From the NCBI RefSeq assembly GCF_000143415.4, contig NW_003314443.1, positions 65,268 to 129,267 on the forward strand: a stretch of 64,000 nt of DNA, in the 5' to 3' direction. A program made the translations under genes and the position numbers. The notes below the pieces were generated by a model. The model was not told where the DNA came from. It ran no database searches and worked only from the letters and a program-made list of their open reading frames with translations. Origin of the DNA: Selaginella moellendorffii. Its lineage: Eukaryota; Plantae; Lycopodiophyta. Positions 23,516 through 35,497 of this stretch are shown here, piece after piece (position 1 is the first letter of the stretch; each line of letters begins with the position of its first letter).

Positions 23516-24980
23516 AAAAGTCTAAGAAACCTTGTGAAAAAATTTCTATCCTAGAGAAAGAATGACTTTCAGTTTAGAAATACAAACTTTCAAGACCCAA
23601 CCAACTTCTTCCTACAAACAAGTTCACATAACTTCACTTTAATATAAATTCTCATAACCCAATAGTATACTTAAGCATTGAACATCATGCCCATATTTCC
23701 AAATCCAACACCATCCATAAAATGCAAAATAAACATCCAAGACTCTATCACAAATACTATATTTTTGGATATTTACATTGTATTATTATTCTTCTTTAAT
23801 TATCTTCAAGATCTAATGTAAAGCCAAAACACTAATAAAAAAAATGACATGAAAATTTAAAGTATAAAGAAAATTCCTTATCACTCAAAATAACAATGCC
23901 ACTTCCACTAACACAAGTGCTAATAATGTCAATGCCTCAACTTTACACTTTCTTCATCTAACAATTTACTCCAAGTGTTAATGAATAAACTAATAAGCCA
24001 TAGCAAATGAATATTACAACTTTTTTCATCACATTATGGGCAAACTCTCAAAGAAACAAAATACCAACTTAAACTTATCATAATGGACCACCATTAAGAA
24101 CCAAGTCAGAGCTACTTCAATGTTACTACTTACAAGTAAAATAACTTCTCCATTAATCACTTTGGGGTTGATTATAGTTTAACCAAATAACTTTGTAAAC
24201 ACATTATTTACTATCATATGGATATGATAAAAAATCACAATGACTTGATCATTAATTGAGCAATACCATAAGTAAGCCCACATTATTAATTCAAAAGTTT
24301 ACGCATGTATCAAATGCCAACTCTATTCAATAAAATGCAACATAAAAGCCACACCCCATTGATAAAGATTTACAATACTAAATACCACCAACTTTGTTCA
24401 TAACATATACAAGCTCATGCCACTCTCTTTCTGACAAAACTTAAAACTAGTCTAACACCAAGCTATTCAAAGAATAATAGCAAAGTTTCTTAAAAAAAAT
24501 TAAGTATTATAACCTAAGTTTTCAATAGCAAGCCTAGATAAAATGGTTTAGCACTTCACTACTATCTATCCCATGACTTACCACTTGTAAGACTATCATA
24601 ACTAACATGCATCAAAATAAGGACTTTTGGTTACATAATGTGAACATAAATAATGAGTTAACACCTTGTTGCAAATCATTTTTCCAAGAAGAAAAAATTA
24701 TTTACATGTTTGATCCTTCATCCTTAATATCTCTTTTTTCAGTCTCATCTTGACTAAACCTCAAACTTACATTCATATTACCTTTAATCCAATCCAAGAA
24801 AAGTTTATGAGAGAGCATGATAATAACTACTTGAACCAATAAACTAATCCCTACAATCTTGATTGATCCACTTTTAATCATTCCTAGGAAGGTTTCACTA
24901 GTACCATGCTAAACAATTACAGACTAACTTATTCACCACTTATAACAAACCTAGAGAAGGTTTATTTTTACCTATGGTAC

Positions 24981-25680
24981 TGTGAGACATAAATCCTTAA
25001 GCCCTAAAATGGAGCCGAAAGGGTGCTATATGGTAGTGATCGAAGTGGAAGTTCAAGAAGCATAACATGTTTGGACCAAAAACTTTGACTTGGAAAGTCA
25101 AGAGTGGGAATGAAACTCTGAACAAAGTGTTCAAGGAATGAGCACAAAATAATTGGTGAATGAGTCTTTAAACATTAACATAAAAAAGACTGACACATGG
25201 TAAGTGTTGTGACACATGGAAGTGTTATGAATGAGACTGACAAATAGTAAGTGTTATGACACATAAAAGTGTTATGAACGAGTCCGAGAAAGAATCTGAA
25301 AAGAAGTCCAAGATAGACTCTAAGAAGGAGTCCACTATAGACCCGAGATGGATTTGAGTGTAAGCTTTTGAATTTAGACTTCCCAAGAGGTCACCCAGCT
25401 CAGTACTATTTAAACCCAAGGATGCTTAACCCTAAATATCCCAAGACCTTTAACCAATTGGAAAATAGGGTGCACTTTTGTTCATAGGCCCTTTCCCTTT
25501 ATATTTGAACCCCTATGGATCGTCTTTCAAGTCGTTCCCTTTAGTTGCTTACACTGAGATGGAGTCCAAGATGGAGTTTGAGATGGACTTGAGTTAGAGT
25601 CCAAAGTCGAGGTTGAGAAAGAGACTGAGATTGAGACTAAGATTGAAATCGAAACCAAGACCGAGACCAAAACCAAGGCC
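24981..25680 (+). mobile_element. Degenerate LTR fragment of family B, opposite orientation
   Basis: Starts TGTGAGACA; 24981-25150 is the reverse complement of 17740-17903; decayed gagtcc satellite. Confidence 0.7.
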
Positions 25681-25694
25681 AAAACTTAATAAAA

Positions 25695-26165
25695 ATGAAA
25701 TGGTGCTAGATTGCAAATTTGGATACGAGACCAACACCATCGTGTTCAGGACAATCTTTACATTCCGTAAATATATAAAATTTACAAATTTAGAAACTTT
25801 CTATAAATAGTAATTAGGATAAAATAGGACTAACACATAAGGTATGATAGCGAAGGTGTTTAGTAAATATGATAAGCTAGCATTTGGTGATATTAAAAGA
25901 TTAGTCTCAATATACGAGGGTTCTTGTCAAGCCAATGCAAGACAGAGCAAAAGAGAACTAAAAGCCAAACCAAGTATACTCAACAAGAAACACATAGGAA
26001 TTCCTACTTTATGTTCATTTGGCTAAGTACAGATGCTAAACCAATTTACTAACACTTAAACAAGAAGGGCTGAAAAGATAATCAACAATACCGATCTATT
26101 GCCGTTGTGGCAATAAGGAAAAAATATCCAAAAAGAGTAATTGACAAATAACTTTTGATACCCAC
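25695..26165 (-). mobile_element. Degenerate LTR fragment related to 47749-48664 and 57344-58888
   Basis: ctagattgcaaatttgga...gatagcgaaggtgttt...ttcatttggctaagtaca shared with those LTRs. Confidence 0.75.
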
Positions 26166-26199
26166 AATCGCCTCGGTCACTGCCAAGTAAAATCTTAGT

Positions 26200-26664
26200 C
26201 TAGTTGTGAAAGGTTTCCATCTGTTGATCTGCTGGTGCTATGTGATACTGGACTCCAAACATCTCGGAGACTGCAAGCATGCTGCTGGCTAGAAAAATTT
26301 GCATTTGACCTCTTGTATACATTACTAAGGTTCGGATGATTGCTTTGATAACAAGGCCCCTCATGCTGATGGTGTTACCTGGATTGACATGGCAGAAATC
26401 CAGATTGGGGCCTGTATGAAAAGCTACGATAGCAATGTCGATCACTACATTGTTTGTCACAGTGACTTGATTGATATAAACTGCCCCACTCTCATAGTAA
26501 GTATTGTCATCGAAAATGTCTGCAAGTGCAATCACCGTATCTAGAATAATATTGGCATCGGCTGCTGTTATAGCATTGCGCTTGTCAGAGAATTCCCAAC
26601 GCATGGCTTGAACAACACTAATATAAAAAAGGAGTGCTGAAAAACATTCAATAAGAGGATACAT
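26200..26664 (-). CDS. Hypothetical intronless secreted protein, 154 aa
   Basis: ATG-TAG ORF with a signal-peptide-like N-terminus (MYPLIECFSALLFYISVVQA|); no recognised domain. Confidence 0.55.
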   Translation of the reverse strand: MYPLIECFSALLFYISVVQAMRWEFSDKRNAITAADANIILDTVIALADIFDDNTYYESGAVYINQVTVTNNVVIDIAIVAFHTGPNLDFCHVNPGNTISMRGLVIKAIIRTLVMYTRGQMQIFLASSMLAVSEMFGVQYHIAPADQQMETFHN

Positions 26665-27054
26665 TTAGAATGATTTTTCTAGAAACAATCAAAAAGAAAA
26701 ACTCTTTCTTGTTATAATGATAAATTACTAATTTATATTGCAACCGTCAACAATTATTGATCAGTAGAAAAAAAAAACGTTAATAGTAAAAAAATAGTAA
26801 ATTTAAAAAAGAAACTTAAGAATCCTCAAGGGATTGCTTTGAATCTTTTAAGAGATGCTAGAATATACCACAAAACAAAGAGAATAAAAGTGATTCTAGA
26901 ATATACTATCAAGTGACCGTACAAGAAGCATATTCGCAAGAGCAGGGTTTAGAGGAGAGCTAATGGAAGAAGAGTTGCCGCGCCAATAGGTCATCACCGT
27001 TCATTTCTCTGCGCTCCACAGCCGCGGCGTCTCGGGCGGAAGATCGGCAACAGC

Positions 27055-28736
27055 ATGCGCCATAATGTAGTGACGATCGACTTCTCGGAGCTCCAGGTGA
27101 GATTTCCTGCCTCGGATCGAATGAGCGATCGATTCTTGTTGTAGAATGAAGCTGTGGATTTTTCTGAGGAGCTCGAGGCGGGATTTGGAGCTCAAGGACT
27201 GGGAATTATTGCCGTTTCGAACGTAAGCTTTGAATGGAATTTTACTTCACGAGCATTCTTTTTGTGTTTTTGTCAGGTTCCGGGATTCACTGAAATGCGG
27301 AGTAATCTGTTAAATCTTGCGCAGAGGTATCGAGTATAGTCTCTTCTTACTCAATGTTTTCGATTTTTCTGTGCAGCCTTTCTTCTCTTCCCGAAAATGC
27401 TCTCAAGGAGCTAGAAGATCCAGCAAGCAGGTAACTCAAAAGTTTCTAGCTAGAACTTCCGTATAAGCGTCTCGCAGATTTTCTTTTGGTTGGAGCCACG
27501 GAAAAGAGTTCCTAGAATCCGGCCAACCTGGTACGTATTCGTTCGTAACGGTTTTTTTTCCTTCTTTCGAGTTCATATGTTCCTTCTGGTTTAGATGAGC
27601 TTAAAGCTTCGTTTTATGCGAATCCAATCGTGGACAGACCGACCGATGACCCAGCTCTCATAGAAAGGTTTGTTTACTTCCTTCTCACAAATTTTAATCG
27701 GTCTCAATGGACGCAGGTATCCATCTTATTGTCGAGCGAACTTATGGCCCGGAAAGGAGTTACCTGACCTTGAATCAAGTACATCTCTGTTTTCTCTTTA
27801 CGTGGATGATGTTTTCTTCTATCACTTTGCAGGTTTTAAGAAACTCGGAAGTCTGATTGTGAAGGTTGGCCTGCAGCTCGCAGCTCACTGCGACAAACAT
27901 GGTTGAGATCCTTTTCCTGTTCGTCTTCTCTAATTTCCTGTCCCTTCAGTGTCTCGCAAGGGCGGTGATGCAAGGCTCACGGACATGCTCAAGAACTCTT
28001 TGTGCCACAAAGGCCGTCTGCTCCATTATTACCCAAGGTTTCGTTGCTCCTCCTGCTGTAAATTTCTATAAGCTTCTTGCAGCAAATGCTCAGGCACAAA
28101 GTCATCGTCGTGGTGTGGCTGGCACGTCGATCACGGATCTCTTACAGGCACGTTTTCAAATTACGCGGTGCGCTTTTGTCGAACTTAACATTTGTTTTTG
28201 GTGCGTTAAAGGATTGACCTGTGCAATGTACACAAGAGAAGGAAGGGAAATAGACTGTCCTGATTCTGAAGCAGGGCTTTATGTTAGGACTCGGTCTGGT
28301 GCCATTGTCAAGGTAAACGAAGTGCTCGTCCATACGGATCAAAGTGTTTAAAGTGTCTTCGTGTAGGCAACTTTCGGAAAGGATGACATTGCTTACCAGG
28401 TAGGAGAAGCGACGGAGCTAATGTCGAATGGTGCATTTCACGCGACACCACACTGTGTTCGAGTAACGTGTCTTTTACTTCTTTTGTGTCCTCTTTCGTA
28501 ACAATGTCTACACAGACGGCTCAAGACGATCCACTTGTGGAAAGGAACACGTTTGCAGTGTTTATGCAACCTCACTGGTAACTCTCTCACTTTCGTAAAT
28601 CGGCACGTAACTTGGTTCGCGCAGGGACGAAGAACTTGTTTCGCGAGATAGGAAAACAGTTTCGTTTGGAGATTTCTCCGAGTCCCTGCTTTCCACCTAT
28701 TACGGAACAGCAGCATCTTCACGAGTCACCTTGTAA
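27055..28736 (+). CDS. 2-oxoglutarate/Fe(II)-dependent oxygenase superfamily protein (multi-exon)
   Basis: Exons encode GFGAQGLGIIAVSNVPG, FGWSHGKE, SFYANP, KGRLLHYYP, WCGWHVDHGSLTGLT (HxD), QVGE, FHATPHCVR, RNTFAVFMQP; GT-AG introns. Confidence 0.9.
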
Positions 28737-28920
28737 AACTCGGCGTTCCTTCAAAAACTACTGTGCTTGCGCGACTTTCCAGACTCGCTATCCACAAATG
28801 TAAAGGGTTGCTAATCTTGGAGCAGCGCCTTCATCCGGTTGGGCAAGGTAACGGCTCTGACCCGACTCTTTGTTACGCTTTAAGCGCGAGGGCAAAGAAA
28901 CAGATCACCGACTCGAAAAG

Positions 28921-31724
28921 ATGGAGGCCGGACAAGTCAGCTCTGCGGCAACTCGAAGAGCTCTGGTTCTCACAGGCCATCTCAAAGAGATCGACAAAGG
29001 GTCTTCGTTGGTGGTGCGCCAGCCGTGCCTGGAGTACTCCCCTCCGGAGCTCAATTCAGGTACTTTTTTTTCCTTTGGGTTCTTGAATTTCCTTTTCATG
29101 TTTTGATCTTCCAGGAGAGCCCGCATTTGATATCGAGTTGATGCAGGGATTGCTGGACGGACACGATGCTCAAACCCGCACTTTTATCTTCAATCTCATG
29201 TCTGAGAGCGATTTGTTCGTTTCCAGGAGAGTGGGTCGACGGGTTTTCTTGGGAGCTGATTACAATCAACCCATGGAAGTCCAGAGGGAGCTGACCATGA
29301 AGAGAATTCAGTATTTTCTTGACAGGGGTGTGTTTCGTGGATGGCTTACAGACGATCGGCCACAGTCCGCGCTCCGTATGGCTGCTATGTTCGAGTACAT
29401 CGGCCTGTTTGATCATTCACTGGCAATTAAGCTCGGTGTTCACTTCCACTTGTGGTATGCTCTCAGCATTTCTTTTTAGTTTCATGTGAGCTTGAGATTT
29501 GTGCATAGGGGGGGATCAGTGAAGTACCTTGGTTCCAAGAGGCATCACGATAAGTGGTTGATGCCAACGGAGGAATTCTCTGTCATAGGCTGCTTTGCAA
29601 TGACTGAACTCGGGCATGGAAGCAATGTTCGTAGCTTCTTTTCTCTTTTTTGTTTTCTTTGTGCTTGAGTGGTTTATGATCTTTTCAGGTCCGAGGGATT
29701 GAAACTATAACTGTGTACGATCCATCAACACAGGAGTTTGTTATCAACACTCCATGCGAGTCTGCTCAGAAATACTGGATAGGAGGAGCGGCAATGGTAA
29801 AAAGCATCACTGTTTTTTTATTTTCGGCAACTGACAAATCCTGTGTTTGTTTCCAGCACGCTACTCATACAGTGGTCTTCTCTCAGCTGCATATGAATGG
29901 AAAGAACGAGGGAGTGCACGCATTTATTGCTGAAATAAGGAGTCCGGATGGCCGAATTTGTCCTGGTGTGCGTATTGCCGATTGTGGCCACAAGATCGGA
30001 CTGAACGGGGTGGACAATGGCCGCATCTGGTATTGTTTTTCCAACTTGCAAAGTTTAGAAGATGAACTCAAAACTTTTTGTTTTTGTCCAGGTTTGATAA
30101 TAAACGCGTACCTCGTGAAAACTTGCTCAACTCCGTAGCCGATGTAACACCAGATGGTCGGTACGTGAGTAATATAACAGATGCAGATCAGGTAAGGTTT
30201 TTTGTTCTCTGAGCTGTTACTTTTCTTATCTTCCTGTGATATTATTCAGAGGTTTGGTGCTTTCATGGCTCCTCTAACGTCTGGACGTGTTACCATTGCT
30301 GTCAGTGCTGTTTATCAATCAAAGGTTTGCCACTTGTATACTTTAGCTTCTTTTTTTTCATAGAGCTGATTTAAGGTTGGCCTTGCAACGGCTTTGCGCT
30401 ATGCTCTTTCGAGGCGAGCATTTTCTCTTTCTCCCAATGAACCAGAAGTGTTACTTTTGGACTATCCCAGCCATCAGCACCGTTTGATACCTTTACTGGC
30501 TAAATCGTATGCGTATTGTTTTGCTTCGTAAGTTTTGAACTGACTGATACTTTGCAGATATGCCATGAGTTTTGCTGCCTGTGATTTGAAGCGCATCTAT
30601 TACAACAGAAAACCCGAGCACGCGAAGATTATTCACGTACTTTCAAGTGGTTACAAGGCAATGTTCTCCTGGCACAACCTCAAAACACTGCAGGTAACCC
30701 CAGATGTGTTCGACATGAGCTTGTAATGAATTCCTCTGCTTTAGGAATGTCGTGAAGCCTGTGGCGGACAAGGTTTAAAATCTGAGAACAAAGTCGGGCA
30801 GCTCAAAGCAGAATACGATGTGCAACTGACGTTTGAGGGCGACAACAACGTTTTGATGCAGCAGGTACTGTTGTCGTAAGTTTGCCTTCGAATTACTTTT
30901 CGTTCCTCAGGTCAGTAAAGCGCTGCTTGGAGATTTTTTCACGTCGCAAAAGAAGCAACAGCCTATGAAAGGCCTCGGCTTAGAACATATGAATGAACCA
31001 CCTCCGACAATTGGGACCAATGCCAACGTCAGGGACGTAAAGTTTCAGGTACACCATCATGTCGGTCGTTTTGTTACTGACCTCCGCCTTGCAGCTCGCT
31101 TTGTTTCGGCTTCGTGAAAGAGATCTGCTAGTAAAACTTGCACAGCAAGTGCGTGAACTCGTGTCCAAAGGATCAACCATGGCGAATGCAACGCTTGCGG
31201 TGAGTCTAACCGCGCCGATTGCTACGTTTTTGTAAGCTAACCTTCTTTCGCTTTCAGAGTTATCAATTGGCTGAGGACTTGGGACGTGCCTTCTCTGAGC
31301 GTTCGGTTTTGGAAAGCATTCTAAGCGTAGAAAACTCTCTCGCCCCAAGCCCTGAGAAGGTACCAGTGTTTTCAGAATCTTGCGAAATAACAAGCCATCC
31401 TTTCGAACAGACAATTCTGGGCTTGTTGCGCTCATTATTTGTAGCTACGACAGTGGACGAAGATCCAGTATTTCTCAGGTAAGCGCTTCCTGTTTTATGG
31501 CATTCGCTAAAGCAACGCTACGACGTTGTTCATCCAGGCATTCATACTTGAGCCCGGATCAGGCATTGTCGATACAAAAAGAAGTTGCGAGCTTGTGTCG
31601 CGAGATCCGACCCTTCATTCTCAGCTTGGTGGACGCATTTGGAATCCCAGCACCGTTTCTTGGGCCCATAGCGTTTGATTGGATCGCAGCGAATTCCTGG
31701 GACCTGGAAGAAGCAAGAAGCTAG
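28921..31724 (+). CDS. ACX3: Peroxisomal acyl-CoA oxidase, ACX3-type (multi-exon)
   Basis: PTS2-like RALVLTGHL; GCFAMTELGHGSNVRGIET, AQKYWIGGAA, KIGLNGVDNGRIW, CREACGGQG, TFEGDNNVLMQQV, PIAFDWI. Confidence 0.93.
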
Positions 31725-31808
31725 AGTAACCTTTTCTCTATTTCCATTTGAAAACCAAAGCTAAGAGCTTTCCCCAAAAACTTAGTGGCGACAAAGTTGG
31801 CATAGGGC

Positions 31809-32631
31809 TTGATGGATTGGGAACAGGTTATTCGGAGCCTGCAAGCGGACGGAAGCTTCTTCGGTCGGCAGGCAGAGCTGAGGGCATTGCTGGAGCGCTT
31901 CCTCTGTGTGTGACTGTCGTTATTGGGCCTGACGATTGTGGGAAAACCAAGCGGCTCAAGCGGCTCAAGGAGATTTGGCTTTCGAATGAGGAATTGGCGG
32001 CTACTTGTCCAGTGTTTTACTTCGACCTGAGGGTTCAGTTGTGGAGCACGCCTCAGGATGCAGCGGATCATTTGTATAGAGAGTACAAGACATGGGCTGA
32101 AAAGGTGACGCAGAGGAAAGTTGCCGGTGTGGACATAGCGCTCAAAGGTTTCTCGAACACGGACTCGAGCGATTTTGGCCAAGGTAATGGACATTTATGC
32201 AGTATCCTATGCTTCTTAAGTGGTGCGCCCGGGCCAAATTTCTCAATGCCTTAACCTGGAAGGAAGCAGCGAATGCTCTTATGAGCCAGAGCCTATGTAG
32301 AGTGAAACTGGGTTTGGCAGCTACCAAGGCGGCCATGGGCTTCTCCGGGCATAAGTATGAATTGATCTGCGCAAAAATAGTGCAATGTGGGTATGTAAGC
32401 CTCAAAGATGTGCTTGCTGAAATCTACGACAGGGACAAAGCAGAGTGCAAGGACGAGATGCTCAAAGCCATCCACATACGCTATGTGACGGCAAAGACAT
32501 CTTATGGGGATGTGAGCCTGTCTGAAATTGATGATGCTGGTGGTGAGGTTGACCTCGTCATGGCCCGCTCTCCTGCCCAACGAGCAGCTATGAAAGAGTT
32601 AATGTTTCATTCCAAGTCAGGAAAAGTGTGA
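31809..32631 (+). pseudogene. P-loop ATPase (AAA/ATPase_2-like) remnant, frameshifted or internally deleted
   Basis: Walker A VTVVIGPDDCGKT, then FYFDLR; second frame ends VMARSPAQRAAMKEL; no Walker B visible. Confidence 0.55.
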
Positions 32632-32929
32632 TCCGCGCGTCCTGGCCTAGAGTCGAGATAGCAAAAATATTTTCAGATTGCAGCCAGTCCTAGCTCATTC
32701 TTCCTTCTGGTTTCGATAGCCTCGTTAAAATTCAAATCGTTTGTTTACTTCTTTTGCATGCACATCGTTCAGTGTCCCTTCAGTGTTTCGCAAGGGTGGT
32801 AGGCTCTCAACAGCAGTTAAACCCAACGTTTCTCCGAAATAAGGAAAGTAGAAGAACGTCCCCAATGCTGAAGCAGGGAGGAACAGGGCCTATCTCATTT
32901 TGGAGCTCCACACTTTATTTGCGCGAATT

Positions 32930-33525
32930 CTGCAGGGACGAAGAACTTGTTTCGCGAGTTCATGCTTTTACCAAATACTACAGACAGCAGCATGGGTCAC
33001 ACTACGAGGTACTTCATCTTTCCGTTTTCATGTTTCACGAGGAGAAACTTCACTTTCACTTCGGAGCTGATAAGAATCATCCAATGTCCGGAGAGTTTGA
33101 GTTTCAGGTCTGTTTTGTTACTGATCTGTGGTCCATTTGTTCTGCAAATGGTGAGTCTAATCTCTATACTAGCTAAGTTTTTCTGAGTGAAGTTCCTTTC
33201 TCTATCAGAGTATGAATGAGCTGAGGACTTGGGGGCCGTTCTCTGAGCATTCTCCAATGTCAGAATCTAAACTGATTGTTTGTGAAATAACAAGCCATCT
33301 TTTCGAGCAGACAATTCTCGTCATTTGCAGCTGTGACAGTGGACGAAGATCCAGTTTTTCTCAGCTAAGCGTTTTGGCAAGGTAAAGCTTTCATACTTGC
33401 AGCCTGGTCGACGCAACTGGCATCGTTTCTTGGATCGATAGCGTTTTGATTGGATCGCAGCGAACTCCTCGCAGCTCGCAGGAAGAAGCAAGCGCGAGAG
33501 AGAACTCTTTCTCTCTTAGGCCTAA
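32930..33525 (+). pseudogene. Collapsed remnant copy of the oxygenase 3' exon and ACX3 3' exons
   Basis: gcagggacgaagaacttgtttcgcgag matches 28621; gctgaggacttggg, gacagtggacgaagatccagt and gattggatcgcagcgaa match ACX3 31270-31695. Confidence 0.8.
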
Positions 33526-33577
33526 AGCCAAAGAAAGTGAATAGCGAATAATAAACTAGACTCGTCAATTTTTAGGG

Positions 33578-35357
33578 ATGGCGTCGTCCTCACAGGGAGG
33601 AGGCGGGGAGGACGACGACGACGACGAGGGCGTGTGTAGGATGAGCGTGGAGCTCCGCACGGGCAGGGATGAGCTCCAGGCGAATAAGAAGAAGCTGCGA
33701 TTGTCGCTGGCATCGCTGCCGCGAGCTGCCGTGGCGCGAGCTGCGATCTCGCTCAAGCGCGTCAGGGTAAACAGGGATTCCACCGCGCAGCTTGCGGTCT
33801 TCATGCTCAAGGTCGGGGCGCTCGAGGCCTTGCGGCGAGGTCTCCAGCACCGATGCCCGCCCCTGTGGTGGATCATCCAGGCGATCCCTCTCTTCCGCGC
33901 GCCTCCATTCGCGTGGCTCCAGCGATGGTATCCCTTTCGCTGCCTGATCCAGGGCACGCAGGTCTGGAAATATTTCGATTCGGTGATACCTCGCTCATCG
34001 ATTTTCACTCCAGATCTTCTCCAAGCCTGTGGTCTTCCTGTCGATCGCCACGGCTCTCACGAATGCGTGGGATCAGCACGGGCGGCAGGGCGAGGGGAGT
34101 ATTTTCCCAGCGCCGCCGCCATTGCCGTCGCCTCCTCCCAGTCCTCGATCGCCTTCTCCAAGATCGCTGCAAGACAGGTAAGATTTCCATCTCTATATCG
34201 TTCTAGACTGAGATCGATTGACAGGGAAGACTCCCAGGCGATGGCCTTGAGGAAAATGCTGGAAGAACACGGCATATTCGTACCCGACAGGTGTGATGCT
34301 TGTTTGTCGCTCTCTCTCTTTCCATCGCTTATACTTGGTTTATATCATCTTTGCTCTAGGATAAGCAACGATGAACTGCACAGGTTCTATCAAGCAGCCA
34401 ACAAAAGCAACAAACGTTTTGTAGCGCTTGTGAAGAAGAACGTCGGGTGGCGGCAAAACTTTCGATTCCTTTCCTGCCGAGAGCTCGACGAATGGTCCGA
34501 GCTCGTCTACTGGCACCACCACGACTCCCAAGACAGGCCTTTGCTCATCATCCGTCTGGGCCTCGCTTCTACTACGCTCGTTTCGTCCCAGCGGCCACGC
34601 TTTGCGCAGGCAATCGGTGCTAAAAACTCTCATTCTTTCTGTCTGTGGTCTTTCTAACGCTTGTGTTTTTGTTTTCCAGTCTCCCAGATTGAATTCGGCG
34701 TCGTCAACTTGCTAAGGGGCGAGGATCCTCGAATCACTGTTGTCCTCGACTGTGCCGGAGCTCCAGCTGTGGGATTTCCGCTCCAGATGACGAAGTCCTG
34801 CTGCGTCCTTGTACAGGATAACTATCCGACCCGACTTGCCGCACTATTTATTGTCAACCTTCCGCCTTTTGTTCGAGTAGTCGCCACCGCGATTGTTCAG
34901 GTCATGTTTCTAGTCCCGTTTTCCTTTCCGTCTATAACGGCATGAGTTTCAACAGATTCTCAAGCCTGCCACCCGCGACAAGATTTATGTGGAAAGCGAC
35001 GACTGTGCACGAATCCTGGCGGAGCATTTGGGTGGACTCGATTGGGTTCCGATTTACCTCGGGGGCAACTGCAAGTGTTCTCTTTGCAACGAGGCTCGCG
35101 CTGCCTTGGACGAGGAAAGACAGGATCGTCTACACGAGCTGGTCCAAGGCGTCGGCAACAATCGTCAGCAGCAACAGCAAACCTCTTTCGGACAAAGAGA
35201 TTATCTATTCAGTGACCAAGACGAGGAGGACGTGACTCCCTTCCAGTCATGCACTCGAGTTCTGCGAGTGGCCATCATCGGCCTGCTGATGCTGTGGATT
35301 GTGGTCGCCCTCGTCGCTGGTTTGTACGAGCCTCACCTGGATGAGCTTCCGACTTGA
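33578..35357 (+). CDS. SEC14/CRAL-TRIO lipid-binding domain protein (multi-exon, C-terminal hydrophobic anchor)
   Basis: ELHRFYQAA, VYWHHHDSQDRPLLIIRLG, RITVVLDCAG, VQDNYPTRLAALFIVNLP, VPIYLGGNCKC; VAIIGLLMLWIVVALVAGL tail. Confidence 0.88.
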
Positions 35358-35497
35358 TCAATCACAGGCGAGATTCTCTCGAGTTTTATTAGGTGGTAAA
35401 ACCCGTAATAAGTGACTCGTTTGCCGTTTTGCTGCTCCTTCGCGCATTCAATGCACCTCACAGGAGAAACAGGCAGAAGAAAAGAAAGTCACTCGCC

